Shown: positions 1 through 9,731 of the stretch, piece by piece
Position numbering within the stretch: position 1 is the first letter of the stretch
How the letters are laid out: every line of letters starts with the position of its first letter
Assembly (NCBI GenBank): GCA_965215335.1
Contig: CBDCDA010000001.1
Location: 384,001-448,000 of the forward strand
Direction of reading: 5' to 3'
Source of the DNA: an uncultured Candidatus Entotheonella sp.
Lineage (GTDB): Bacteria; Tectomicrobia; Entotheonellia; Entotheonellales; Entotheonellaceae
DNA length: 64,000 nt
The notes under the pieces: generated by a model
The model's input: the letters and a program-made list of their open reading frames with translations, nothing else
Told to the model about the DNA's origin: nothing
The model's database searches: none
Translations under genes and position numbers: made by a program

Positions 1-426
1 CACACGGGTGAGACCGTGCGGGTGGACGATTATCGCGGCAAGGTGCTGGTGCTGGTATTCGGATGCGTGTCCTGCTGGGCATCCGACGATTCGGTGCTGG
101 ACGAACTCGTCCGTGCCCTGCGGCACCTGAGTGACCGCGCGGACGAGGTGCAGGTGCTGGTGGTCAGCGTCGACCCGCAACGTGACACGCCCGACTGGCT
201 GGCAGCCTATGTCGCGGCGTTTGATCCGCGTTTTGTCGGCGTGGCGGGACCGCCCGAGGTCATTCGGCGTGTGGCGGCGTTCGGCCTGACGCCCGACGCT
301 CCCGACGCCGCGCCGGTGATGGTGCTGGACCGGCGGGGCCATTTGCGGCTGCTGTTCCCGTTCCGCATCTCCGCACCGTCGCTGGCCGAAGACCTCGCCG
401 CCCTGCTACGCCCGGTGCGGTCGTAG
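1..426 (+). CDS. SCO family (thioredoxin-fold) protein, 5'-partial, with degenerate metal-binding motif
   Basis: DYRGKVLVLVFG..., VSVDPQRDTP, YVAAFDPRF and LDRRG.LR match the SCO1/SenC pattern. The frame is open from the window start. Confidence 0.75.
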   Translation, partial: HTGETVRVDDYRGKVLVLVFGCVSCWASDDSVLDELVRALRHLSDRADEVQVLVVSVDPQRDTPDWLAAYVAAFDPRFVGVAGPPEVIRRVAAFGLTPDAPDAAPVMVLDRRGHLRLLFPFRISAPSLAEDLAALLRPVRS

Positions 427-568
427 GCCGGGCGCCCCCGCTGCATGGCGCACCGGGTACGGGCGTGATACGATGCGCCGCGCGTGCGGGCGGTTGCAGC
501 TGCAGAACCGCGCGCCGGGACGCCGGCATCCAGGGAATCGAGGATCAGACGACACGGAGGACACGGCC

Positions 569-1624
569 ATGACGCAATACGTATACGCGGGAGCAGGGCA
601 TTGGCTGTCCGGCGGCGAGGCGACGCCGGGCGGGCTGTTGCGCAAGGAGATCGACGGGCGCACCTGGGAGCCGTTGAGCAACGGGTTGCCAGCGCGGGCG
701 GAGGTACGGACGATCGCCATTCATCCGGACAACCCGGCGATCGTGTTCGCCGGCACGCAGGACGGTCCGTATCGCAGCACGGACGGCGGCGACCATTGGC
801 AAAAGCTGCCGTTTCCCGATCCGGCGATGGTGGTGTGGACAATCGTTTTTCATCCCGAGGACCCGCACACGCTGTATCTGGGCGCCAGCCCGGCGGCGGT
901 GTACCGCAGCGACGACGGCGGCGACAGCTGGCGGCGGCTGACCATCGTGGCGACCGCCGGGGCGGTGCACATGGGCTTCGACATGCGGGTGATCCGGCTG
1001 GTGGTGGACCCCGCCAAGCCCCAGGAAATCTACGCCGGTCTGGAGGTCGGCGGGGTGATTCGCAGCCTCGACGGCGGCGACACGTGGGAGGACTGCAGCG
1101 AGGACCTGCTGCGGCTGGCCGGCCTGGAGCACCTGAAGAGCCGTATCGGCAGCGATACGGACACCGAGGGCATGATGGACTCCCACGCCCTGAGCATCAG
1201 CCCGGCGCAACCGGGCACGGTGTTCCTGGCCACGCGCATGGGTCTGTTCCGCAGCACGGACCGCGGCGGCAGCTGGGCGGACATGGAGGTGGGGCGCTTT
1301 TCGCCGCTGACCTACGCGCGCGACGTGCGCGTGGCGCCGCACGACGCCAACGTCCTGTACGCCGCGCTCAGCCCGGCGGCGCGCAGCGAAGACGGCTCGC
1401 TGTATCGCAGTGAGGACCTCGGGCAGACGTGGCGGCGCTTCGACCGCGGCGTGACGCCGCGCAGCACCATGATGAGCATCGGCCCGAGCCGTCAGGACGC
1501 CCATCGGGTGTACTGCGCCACGCGCGGCGGACAGGTTTTCGGCACCCGGGACGGCGGCGAGACGTGGGACGAATTTCCGCTGCCGGAGGGCCTGCAGGAC
1601 GTGTACACGGTGGCCTGCGCCTAG
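569..1624 (+). CDS. BNR/Asp-box repeat beta-propeller protein (glycosyl hydrolase-like)
   Basis: Six Asp-box repeats (YRSTDGGDHW, YRSDDGGDSW, IRSLDGGDTW, FRSTDRGGSW, YRSEDLGQTW, FGTRDGGETW). GGAGG RBS before ATG 569. Confidence 0.85.
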   Translation: MTQYVYAGAGHWLSGGEATPGGLLRKEIDGRTWEPLSNGLPARAEVRTIAIHPDNPAIVFAGTQDGPYRSTDGGDHWQKLPFPDPAMVVWTIVFHPEDPHTLYLGASPAAVYRSDDGGDSWRRLTIVATAGAVHMGFDMRVIRLVVDPAKPQEIYAGLEVGGVIRSLDGGDTWEDCSEDLLRLAGLEHLKSRIGSDTDTEGMMDSHALSISPAQPGTVFLATRMGLFRSTDRGGSWADMEVGRFSPLTYARDVRVAPHDANVLYAALSPAARSEDGSLYRSEDLGQTWRRFDRGVTPRSTMMSIGPSRQDAHRVYCATRGGQVFGTRDGGETWDEFPLPEGLQDVYTVACA

Positions 1625-1675
1625 GTGACGCCGGGCGCGGCAGGCACAACAACGATTTCACACGACGAGGATGTC

Positions 1676-2443
1676 ATGGCGGACAGACTGGCCGGAAAGG
1701 TGGCCCTGATCACCGGCGGTGCGAGCGGGCAGGGAAGGGAGGCGGCGCTGTGCTTTGCCGCCGAAGGGGCGAAGGTGGTGCTGAGCGACGTGCAGGAAGA
1801 AGGCGGCGTGCGCACCATGCACCTGGTTCAGGAGAACGGCGGCGACGCCTTCTTCGTGCCCGCCGACGTGTCGGTGGAGAGCGGTGCCCGCGACATGGTG
1901 GCGGCGGCGCTGCGGCAGTACGGCGCCTTGCACGTGCTGTACAACAACGCCGGGGTGATCGGCGAAGGTCGTGACGGCCTGGTGACCGACCTGGACATCG
2001 ACGCCTGGGAGTTCATCCTGAACGTCAACCTGCGGGGCATCTTCCTGTGCGCCAGGCATGGGGTGCCGGCCCTGATCGACGCCGGCGGCGGCTCGGTGAT
2101 CAATACCGCTTCGGTGGCGGGCTTGATCGGCAGCCCGAATTCCGGCCATGCCTACGCCGCTAGCAAGGGCGGGGTGATCGCCCTCACACGCGCCATGGCG
2201 GTCTCGTATGCGCGGCACCAGGTGCGGGTGAACGCGATTTGCCCGGGCACCCTGGAAACGCCGATGACCGCCAACCTGCTGCAGATGAGCGACCGGCATC
2301 GCGAGATCGTCGCCCAGCACCCGTTGGGGCGGCTGGGCGTGGCGTCGGACATCGTGCATCTGGCCGTCTACCTGGCCGCCGACGAATCGGCCTGGGTGAC
2401 CGGCGGCGTGTTCACCGTCGACGGGGGCCGCACGGCCACGTAG
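1676..2443 (+). CDS. SDR family NAD(P)-dependent oxidoreductase
   Basis: TGGASGQG, NNAG, YAASK, VNAICPG and VDGG motifs. GAGG RBS. Confidence 0.92.
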   Translation: MADRLAGKVALITGGASGQGREAALCFAAEGAKVVLSDVQEEGGVRTMHLVQENGGDAFFVPADVSVESGARDMVAAALRQYGALHVLYNNAGVIGEGRDGLVTDLDIDAWEFILNVNLRGIFLCARHGVPALIDAGGGSVINTASVAGLIGSPNSGHAYAASKGGVIALTRAMAVSYARHQVRVNAICPGTLETPMTANLLQMSDRHREIVAQHPLGRLGVASDIVHLAVYLAADESAWVTGGVFTVDGGRTAT

Positions 2444-2480
2444 CGGTCAGTGCCGCCACGCGGCAAGAAGGGAGCCATTC

Positions 2481-2879
2481 GTGCCCACCATCCTGACGTG
2501 TATCGCTACCCTGTTCGCCCTGTCCGCCGTCCTGGCGCAATCGTTGCCGATTCCTGCCTACCGGGGCCTGACGCCCCGCACGCTCCTGCGCGCCCCGTGC
2601 CCGGCGGGGGAGGTGGAACGGCTGGCGTGGCACGCCGCCGGCCCCGACGGTCGGCCGCTGACGGCGTATTCCATCGGCACCTGGCGCTGGCGGCAGCAGG
2701 ATGTGATGATTGCCGAGTACCCGCCGCCGGACGGCGGCGGGACGACGCGCTTGTGGATCGACTGGGACGGCGACGGGCACGCCGAGGAGGTCTACGACAG
2801 CGTTGACGCGATGGGCAAGGTATACCCGCATTCGTGCCTGATCTTCGAGAAGGCCCGCCGCCTGGCTGACGGCGGCTGA
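2481..2879 (+). CDS. Hypothetical exported protein
   Basis: GTG start after GGGAG, N-terminal signal-like segment (ILTCIATLFALSAVLA), and a DWDGDG Ca-binding-like motif. Confidence 0.6.
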   Translation: MPTILTCIATLFALSAVLAQSLPIPAYRGLTPRTLLRAPCPAGEVERLAWHAAGPDGRPLTAYSIGTWRWRQQDVMIAEYPPPDGGGTTRLWIDWDGDGHAEEVYDSVDAMGKVYPHSCLIFEKARRLADGG

Positions 2880-3033
2880 TGCCGTCGAGTCAAGAACTCG
2901 CCCCGCCCCTGCTGCAGGGATTCATGCTGTCGGGCGGGTGGCAGGGTGCGGCGCTTGCTCCTGGAGCGGGTGGGCGCCGTTTGGAGCGTGTACAGCCCGG
3001 TACTCGGGGGGAGGGCGTCGCTTCTGGAGTGTA

Positions 3034-3555
3034 TCACTTCAGAGCCAGATAGCGCCGCAGCACGTACAGGCCGTCCGGCGTGTAAGGCGCGTGCTCGGCG
3101 TGCGACAGGACGTCCGTCACCGGCATGAAGGCGGTGCTCTCCACTTCCTCTTCCTGCAGGACCAGTTCCCCGTCATAGACGCATGAGAAGACGCTGCCCC
3201 ACACCTGGGTGTAGTCGTCCGCGTAGTGGAAGACGAACTGGTGGGAGAGGGGCACACCGCGAATGCCGACCTCCTCGGCGAGCTCGCGCCGGGCGCCCGC
3301 TTCGTAGGCCTCGCCGGCAAGAACAACGCCCCCGACGGCAATGTCGTAGTAGCCGGGGAAGACGTCCTTCGTGGCGGTACGTTTCTGCACGCACAGGTCG
3401 CCGCGTGAGTTGAAGACCAGGATGTAGGTGCTGCGGTGCGGCAGGCGGTTCTGCCGCATGTTGCGGCGGGGCGCGGCACCGACGACACGGTTTTGGTCAT
3501 CGACGATGGCGACGACTTCATCGGTGGGGTTCATGGCTGGGCGCTCTGCGCTCAT
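3034..3555 (-). CDS. NUDIX hydrolase (YfcD/Idi-like)
   Basis: Nudix box GGVVLAGEAYEAGARRELAEEVGI, plus HRSTYILVFN and QKRT..KD.FPG. ATGA overlap with the upstream gene stop. Confidence 0.9.
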   Translation of the reverse strand: MSAERPAMNPTDEVVAIVDDQNRVVGAAPRRNMRQNRLPHRSTYILVFNSRGDLCVQKRTATKDVFPGYYDIAVGGVVLAGEAYEAGARRELAEEVGIRGVPLSHQFVFHYADDYTQVWGSVFSCVYDGELVLQEEEVESTAFMPVTDVLSHAEHAPYTPDGLYVLRRYLALK

Positions 3556-4388
3556 CCATGCTGCCGCGCCAGGGCGGCGCGTTGTTCCAGCAGCGGCAAC
3601 ACCTCGTCGCGCGGCGCCGGCGGCAGGTGGAACAGCAGGCGCTCCACGCCGGCCTCGGCGTAGGCGTCGATCACCTCGGGCTTGGGTGCGGCGCCGAAGA
3701 TGGTGACCGGGATGTCGGCGCGGCCGGCTTCGGCCGCCAGGCGGTTGAGCTCGTCGATGCGGCTTTTGAAATCGGCGCGCCGGCCGATGGGCATCCAGCC
3801 GTCGCCGTAGCGCACGACGCGCTGCAGGGTGTTGGCGCCGTCGCCGCCGATGATGACCGGCGGGTGGGGCTTCTGGATGGGTTTGGGCCATTGCCAGATG
3901 GGATCGAAATCGACGGATTCGCCGTGGTATTCGGCGGCGTCCTCGGTCCAGATCTGCTGCATGGCCTCGATCCGCTCGCGCAGCACCTTCCAGCGGCGGG
4001 TGGGGTCGGTGCCGTGGTTTTCCATCTCCTCGCGGTTCCAGCCGCCGCCGATGCCGAAGAGGACGCGGCCGCCGGAGATGAAGTCGAGGCTGGCGACTTC
4101 CTTGGCGAGGGTGATGGGGTCGCGCTCGATGACCAGGCAAATGCCGGTGCCGAGCATGAGCCGCTCGGTGGCGGCGGCCACGGCGCCGAGGGCGACGAAC
4201 GGATCGAGCGTGTGGGAATACTCCCTGGGAAGCTCGCCGCCACCGGGGAAGGGGCTGCGGCGGCTGGTCGGGATGTGGGTGTGTTCGGGAACGAACAGCG
4301 ACTCAAAGCCGTGCTCTTCAACCGCGCGTCCCAAGGACACCGGATCGATCGCGTAATCGGTGGGAAACATGTAAACGCCAAACTTCAT
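3552..4388 (-). CDS. LLM class F420-dependent oxidoreductase
   Basis: MKFG...EHTHIP, DPFVAL..., LAKEVASLD..SGGR..FGIGGGWN.EEM, PKPIQKPHPP. Confidence 0.92.
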   Translation of the reverse strand: MKFGVYMFPTDYAIDPVSLGRAVEEHGFESLFVPEHTHIPTSRRSPFPGGGELPREYSHTLDPFVALGAVAAATERLMLGTGICLVIERDPITLAKEVASLDFISGGRVLFGIGGGWNREEMENHGTDPTRRWKVLRERIEAMQQIWTEDAAEYHGESVDFDPIWQWPKPIQKPHPPVIIGGDGANTLQRVVRYGDGWMPIGRRADFKSRIDELNRLAAEAGRADIPVTIFGAAPKPEVIDAYAEAGVERLLFHLPPAPRDEVLPLLEQRAALARQHG

Positions 4389-4693
4389 GCACTCGTTCTC
4401 CTAATCGTGTGTTGAGGCGCGGTTGCACGAGGCGCCGGTGAACCTGACGCGCAAGTGTACGGCAGGCGCCTTGCGGGGCGCAACGGGGTGTGGTGCGGCC
4501 GTCTGGCAGGTGATTGCCTCAAAACGCGAAAGTGTATCCGGTGCGGCCAGTCGTACTTCCGCCAGCGGGTCGTGAAATGCAGCACCGTCTACCTGCGGTG
4601 TCAGGCCATGGTGGGTTCAATCGTGCACAGGTGGTATGCGCCGAATGCCCCTGCCTGATGAAGGAGGGAGCGGGTGTCGTGAGAGCTTCCGGT

Positions 4694-5425
4694 TTACCTG
4701 CCCGGTCGTTCCGGAGAGGGTGACGGCTGCGAGGCGCGAAAACGAGCTTCCGATTCGGCCAGTCGGGCTTCCGCTTCCCGCCGGGCCTGTTCGGACTCCT
4801 GAAGACGATCTTCGGTTTCCCGAAGACGGTCTTCGACCTCCGGGCGCGTCAGAAGGTGTGCACGCCTCACTGGATCGTAAAACCGCAGCACACCCTCGTC
4901 GAGACGAATATCCAGCCCAAGCACCGGGCTGCTCGCACTCAGAACGGAACCCGTCCGTTCCGGTTCCAATACCGGAACGTACCGGCTGTCGGACAGCACG
5001 AAGCCTTGCAAGGGCGGCACGAGAGAATCCCCCGTCGGGTCGTATTGCCAGTATTCCCGTACCCCCAGACGCGCATACAGGTCTCGCTTCCAGCCCTGGT
5101 CATCCCGGTACGTGCTGGGCGAGGCGATCTCCATCACAAAGTCGGGCGCCTTGGGTTCCTCCCACAACCGATACGACGACCGGTTGTAGTCAGGGGCGCC
5201 GAATACCACGAAGACGTCCGGGGCGACACGCCGTTGCGCGTCGCCTTCCTGGTAATATATAAACAAGTTGCCGGAGACGTAGACGTCCCGGCGGTTGCGG
5301 AAGTGCATCTTGAGGGCTTCAACGGCATAGATGAGCGGGTCGCGCTGGAAATCACTTTCAGCCATGGGCAGGCCATCCGAGTCCGGGTAGTCGATGGCAA
5401 CCGGGGCAGGGGTGGGTTGTGACAT
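4694..5425 (-). CDS. Uma2 family endonuclease-fold protein with C-terminal coiled coil
   Basis: YPDSDGLPMAES, VSGNLFIYY, VAPDVFVV, PDFVMEIASPST, LGVREYWQYDP. Start trimmed from the 461-aa ORF. Confidence 0.9.
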   Translation of the reverse strand: MSQPTPAPVAIDYPDSDGLPMAESDFQRDPLIYAVEALKMHFRNRRDVYVSGNLFIYYQEGDAQRRVAPDVFVVFGAPDYNRSSYRLWEEPKAPDFVMEIASPSTYRDDQGWKRDLYARLGVREYWQYDPTGDSLVPPLQGFVLSDSRYVPVLEPERTGSVLSASSPVLGLDIRLDEGVLRFYDPVRRAHLLTRPEVEDRLRETEDRLQESEQARREAEARLAESEARFRASQPSPSPERPGR

Positions 5426-5596
5426 GAGCAAGTCCTCTGGAAAAGGACGCGGCCGATGAAGTCGCTCACAGAAAACGGCGGCATCGTAGCACAGTGGCGC
5501 GGAGCTACCAACTGAAGCGGCCTGTCCGCGCCGTTCCGCCAGCCGTATCCCAGGGTCGGGAATCCCTGCATTCCGAAGTCCGCAAAAGGGGAAAGG

Positions 5597-5983
5597 GTGA
5601 CAACTCTCAAGATATTCGCGAGTTTTGAATTCGACAAGGACAACAAGCTCAGAGGCGATTTTTTCGGACAGGCCAAAACGCTCACTCAGCATCGCGTCTG
5701 TGACCATTCGCTCCAGGAGGCGTATCCGAGTCAAGAGTGGAAATCCAGGGCAAAAGCCGCCATCCGGAAATGTGACCTGGTCATCGTCCTCGTCGGTCAA
5801 GACACCCAAAATGCCCCCGGCGTCAGAACGGAAATCGCCATTGCCCGCTGCTTGAGAAAGCCGGTTATTCAGATCAGGCCAAGGAAGTGGACCTGCGGCG
5901 GCGTGCCCGGCCTGGAAAAGCCGATGCGTTGGAGATGGAAGCGAATCAACAAGGCGTTGGACGAGGTGTTGAAGACAGGGTGA
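5597..5983 (+). CDS. TIR-domain protein (MTH538/DUF1863, ThsB-like)
   Basis: KIFASFEFDKD N-terminus, D.SLQE, W...AKAAIRKCDLVIVLVG..T..A.GV..EI.IA...KPVI with the TIR catalytic Glu retained. AT-richer than its neighbours. Confidence 0.75.
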   Translation: MTTLKIFASFEFDKDNKLRGDFFGQAKTLTQHRVCDHSLQEAYPSQEWKSRAKAAIRKCDLVIVLVGQDTQNAPGVRTEIAIARCLRKPVIQIRPRKWTCGGVPGLEKPMRWRWKRINKALDEVLKTG

Positions 5984-6199
5984 CCACGAGGAGGTCCTGC
6001 ATTCTGCAAGCGGTTCAAGGTTGTGCAGCGCCGTATCCGGTTTTCCCGGAAACCCGGCATCCGTTGATTTCAAAGCCACCGCTGCTCAGGTGGGGGTTGC
6101 CTGCAGCGTGCACGGTGGCTAGAATACAGACTGTTTTGCCACGTCACATCGTTGTGCCATTCCAACAGCAATGTCTTTGCCCGAAATAAGGAGCGGTGA

Positions 6200-7156
6200 T
6201 TGATTACCGTCAGGGACCTTTCCATGCGTTACGGTTCGGTGGTGGCGCTGCGCAACGCCACGTTTGCCGTGCAGCGCGGTGAGGTCGTCGGACTGCTGGG
6301 GCCGAACGGCGCCGGCAAGTCGACGACCATGAAAATCCTCACCACCTACCTCTATCCCACTTCAGGCAGCGCCGTGGTGGGCGACAAGGACGTGCTCACC
6401 TCCCCCTTGGAAGTTCGACAACGCATCGGTTACCTCCCTGAAACCTTGCCGCTCTACCCCAACGCCGACGTGCACACGTATCTTCAATTCGTCGGCAAGG
6501 CGCGCGGCCTGCAGGGGGCCGTGCTGCGCGAGCGCACGGACTGGGTGGTGCAGCGCTGCGGCCTGGCGCCCATGTATCGCAAGCTGATCCGGGAACTGTC
6601 CAAGGGCTACCGGCAGCGGGTCGGGCTGGCGCAGGCGCTGATTCACGACCCGCAGGTGATCATGCTCGACGAGCCGACGTCCGGTCTCGACCCGCATCAG
6701 ATCCTCGAGATTCGCCACCTGATTCGCCGCCTGGCGCGGGACAAGACCGTGTTGCTGTCCACCCACATTCTGCAAGAGGTGGAGGCGGTGGCGGACCGCA
6801 TCGTCATCATCAACAACGGCCTCATCGTGGGTGACGGCACGCCACAGGAGCTGAACCAGCGGGCGCAGCAGCGGCAGCGGCTGCAGCTGGCGGTGGGCGC
6901 GGCACGCGCGGAGGTGGAAGCGGCGCTGAACCAGCTGACGGCTGTCGGGCTGGTGCGGTACGACGGAGCGGCGGACGGCTTCGAGCACTTCACGGTGGAC
7001 GCGGCACACGGCGTGCAGTTGTGGCAGCAGGTGAGCGAGCTGGTACGCGCCAGGGGCTGGCAGGTGGGGATTCTGGCGCCACGGGTCGGCACCCTGGAAG
7101 AGACCTTTCTGGCCCTGACTGCCCCCAAGGACGGCGCTGCGGGACGACAAGGATAA
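6200..7156 (+). CDS. ABC transporter ATP-binding protein (GldA-like), copy 1
   Basis: GPNGAGKST, LSKGYRQR, LDEPTSGLDP, LSTH. TTG start after AGGAG. Confidence 0.92.
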   Translation: MITVRDLSMRYGSVVALRNATFAVQRGEVVGLLGPNGAGKSTTMKILTTYLYPTSGSAVVGDKDVLTSPLEVRQRIGYLPETLPLYPNADVHTYLQFVGKARGLQGAVLRERTDWVVQRCGLAPMYRKLIRELSKGYRQRVGLAQALIHDPQVIMLDEPTSGLDPHQILEIRHLIRRLARDKTVLLSTHILQEVEAVADRIVIINNGLIVGDGTPQELNQRAQQRQRLQLAVGAARAEVEAALNQLTAVGLVRYDGAADGFEHFTVDAAHGVQLWQQVSELVRARGWQVGILAPRVGTLEETFLALTAPKDGAAGRQG

Positions 7157-7163
7157 GCAAACC

Positions 7164-9671
7164 ATGCGGAATTTCGGCACCATTTTTCGTTGGGAACTGG
7201 CTTCGTATTACCGTTCGGCCATCGGCTACATCTTCATGATCGTTTTCCTGGTGCTCAGCGTCGGGCTGTTCATGACGCCGTTCTTCACGCTGCTGAGCGC
7301 CGACATGCGCAGCTTCTTCAACACCCTGCCGCTCATCATGTGCATCTTCCTGCCGGCGGTGACCATGCGCATCTGGGCCGAGGAGAGGAAGCAGAACACC
7401 TGGGAGATGCTGCTGACCTTTCCGATGCGGCCGCACGAGCTGGTGCTGGGGAAGTTCTTCGCCGGCCTGGTGTTCTTCGTCATTGCGCTGGCCGGCACCC
7501 TGACGATCCCGTGGATGCTGGCGTCGCTCGGCAACCCCGATTTCGGGCCCATTGCCGGGGCGTACCTGGGCACGATTTTGCTGGGCGCCTTTTTCCTGGC
7601 GCTGGGGCTGTTCATATCGAGCCTGTGCAGCGACCAGATCGTGGCCTTCGTGGTGACGCTGCTGGCGTGCTTCGGGCTGTTTTTTCTCGGCACGGAGTTC
7701 CTGGCCCGCCATGTGGACAGCGCCTGGCCGGGGCTGGGGGTGTTCCTGGCCGACGTGGTCGGCTTCACGGGGCATTACAACCCGTTCACGCGCGGCATCG
7801 TGACCATCGGCAACGTCCTGTATTTCATCGTGTGGACGGCGGTGTTCCTGTTCCTGAACGGGCTGTTGCTGGAAATTCGCAGCCGTCCGGCGGCGCGCCG
7901 CACGTTCGCGGGCGCAGTGGTGTTGAGCCTGGGCATCGGCCTGGCGTTCAACTGGATTTTCGCCGGTCAGCATATCGGCCGTTTCGATCTGACGGAAGAC
8001 AGGCTGTACACGCTCTCCGATGCCTCGGTGAAGATTCTGCGCAATCTGGACGTGCCGGTGCAGGTAAAGCTGTACATCACGCCGAGCGACAAGATGCCGA
8101 CCGAAATGCGTTACCTGGAGCGCGACATCCTCGACAAGCTGGAGGAGATGCGGCTGGCCAGCGGCGGCAATCTGGTGATGCGTGCCATTCACATGGAAAC
8201 GGCCAACGTCATCCAGCAGCAAGCACCGGGCGACCTGCCGCCGGAGCCCGAGGACGAAGAGGGCGCGGTGGAGAAGCGGCTGCTGAGCAAGGGGGTGCGG
8301 CCGTTCACGGTGCAGGCGCTGCGCGAGGACGAAGTGATCAACAAGCTGGTGTACGCGGCCATCGGGGTGGCCTACAAGAATCAGGAGGAGGAGATCATCC
8401 CGCGGCTGCTGCCGAACGATCTGGACAACCTGGAGTACCGGCTGATCAACATCGTTTACAAGCTGAGCCGCAAGGAGCAGCCCGTGGTGGCGTTGTTCGC
8501 GCCCAAGCAGGCGGTCAGCATTCCACCGGAGCTGATGGAGCTATACCGGCGCATGAACCGCCCGATCCCGCAGACGGAGGACCCGTATCAAACCCTGGAG
8601 CGCTTGCTGCAGGTCGAGCGTTATGACGTGCGGCGGCTGGATACGGACGGCTCGGCGACCATCGCGCCGGAAGTGGACACCGTGATCGTCATCAACCCTC
8701 GCAGTCTGTCGGACCGACAGCGTTGGGACCTGAATCGCGTCCTGCACGAGGGCAAGTCGGTGTTCCTGGCCGTGCAGAACTACCGCTGGGACTACCACGT
8801 GGAGCAGCAGGTGGTAGCCATGACGCGGCAGGACGAGAACCCGCAGGTGAACGACTGGCTTGGCCATTTCGGGCTGGAGATTGATCCGCAGATTCTCATG
8901 GACGTCAACCACGGGCCGCTGACCATCCGAGGGGGGTCCGATCCGCTGGCCTCGATGCTGGGCGGCGGCATTACCCTGAACCTGCCGATGCACGTCCTGC
9001 TGACACAGGAGTCGATGAACACGGACGTGTCGATTACCAACCGGTTGTCACCGCTGTTCTACCTGTGGGGCAGCGCGCTGAACGTGCGCCCGGAGGTTCT
9101 GGAGGCGAGCGGCTTGGAGCACACGGTGTTGCTGACCACGAGTCCGCTGGCGTGGTCGTTGTCGGAGGACGTGTCCATGACGCCGGAAAGCCTGCAGCGG
9201 CCCGACGTGGCGGGGCAACGCTTCCCGCTGGCGGTGTTGGCGCGCGGGCAGTTTCCCGACGTATACGCCGGTGCAGAGCGTCCGGCCTGGGAGCCACCGC
9301 CGGCGCGGCCCGGCGCTCCGGCGCCGACACCGCCGATGGACGACGGGCCGCTCGGCGACCCGCAGCCGGCGCCCGGCAAGCTGCTGGTGGTGGGCAACGC
9401 GCAGATGTTCCACCGCAATTTTCTCTCCGGCGGCCACGCGGATTTCTTCCTGAACAGCATCGACGCCCTGACGCTGGGGGATGACTTGGTGAACGTGCGC
9501 AGCAAGAAGCGCATTAACCGCAGCATCAGCAAGCCCAGCACGGCGACGCGGCAGTTCTGGCGGGTGATGAACCTGGGGCTGGTGAATCTGGGCATTGCGG
9601 TGGTCGGCATCGGCGGGGCGGTGATCCGGCGGCGGGCTCGGGCGGCCTACACGGCGGCGCAAGCGGCGTAG
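7164..9671 (+). CDS. ABC-2 permease fused to GldG-family auxiliary domain (GldF-GldG-like fusion), copy 1
   Basis: N-terminal multi-TM permease (PAVTMRIWAEERKQNTWEMLLT), then RFDLTEDRLYTLS GldG-type domain and a C-terminal TM helix. Confidence 0.88.
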   Translation: MRNFGTIFRWELASYYRSAIGYIFMIVFLVLSVGLFMTPFFTLLSADMRSFFNTLPLIMCIFLPAVTMRIWAEERKQNTWEMLLTFPMRPHELVLGKFFAGLVFFVIALAGTLTIPWMLASLGNPDFGPIAGAYLGTILLGAFFLALGLFISSLCSDQIVAFVVTLLACFGLFFLGTEFLARHVDSAWPGLGVFLADVVGFTGHYNPFTRGIVTIGNVLYFIVWTAVFLFLNGLLLEIRSRPAARRTFAGAVVLSLGIGLAFNWIFAGQHIGRFDLTEDRLYTLSDASVKILRNLDVPVQVKLYITPSDKMPTEMRYLERDILDKLEEMRLASGGNLVMRAIHMETANVIQQQAPGDLPPEPEDEEGAVEKRLLSKGVRPFTVQALREDEVINKLVYAAIGVAYKNQEEEIIPRLLPNDLDNLEYRLINIVYKLSRKEQPVVALFAPKQAVSIPPELMELYRRMNRPIPQTEDPYQTLERLLQVERYDVRRLDTDGSATIAPEVDTVIVINPRSLSDRQRWDLNRVLHEGKSVFLAVQNYRWDYHVEQQVVAMTRQDENPQVNDWLGHFGLEIDPQILMDVNHGPLTIRGGSDPLASMLGGGITLNLPMHVLLTQESMNTDVSITNRLSPLFYLWGSALNVRPEVLEASGLEHTVLLTTSPLAWSLSEDVSMTPESLQRPDVAGQRFPLAVLARGQFPDVYAGAERPAWEPPPARPGAPAPTPPMDDGPLGDPQPAPGKLLVVGNAQMFHRNFLSGGHADFFLNSIDALTLGDDLVNVRSKKRINRSISKPSTATRQFWRVMNLGLVNLGIAVVGIGGAVIRRRARAAYTAAQAA

Positions 9672-9731
9672 TAAACCGGACGCCGGATCGCTGAGCGGAC
9701 GGCGTCGAATGCGGGGAAAAGGGATCGTGGA

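Noticed and set aside
4694..6079. 461-aa ORF as an extended Uma2 fusion
   Set aside because: The N-terminal part is antisense to the TIR gene. Uma2 similarity starts at ATG 5425.
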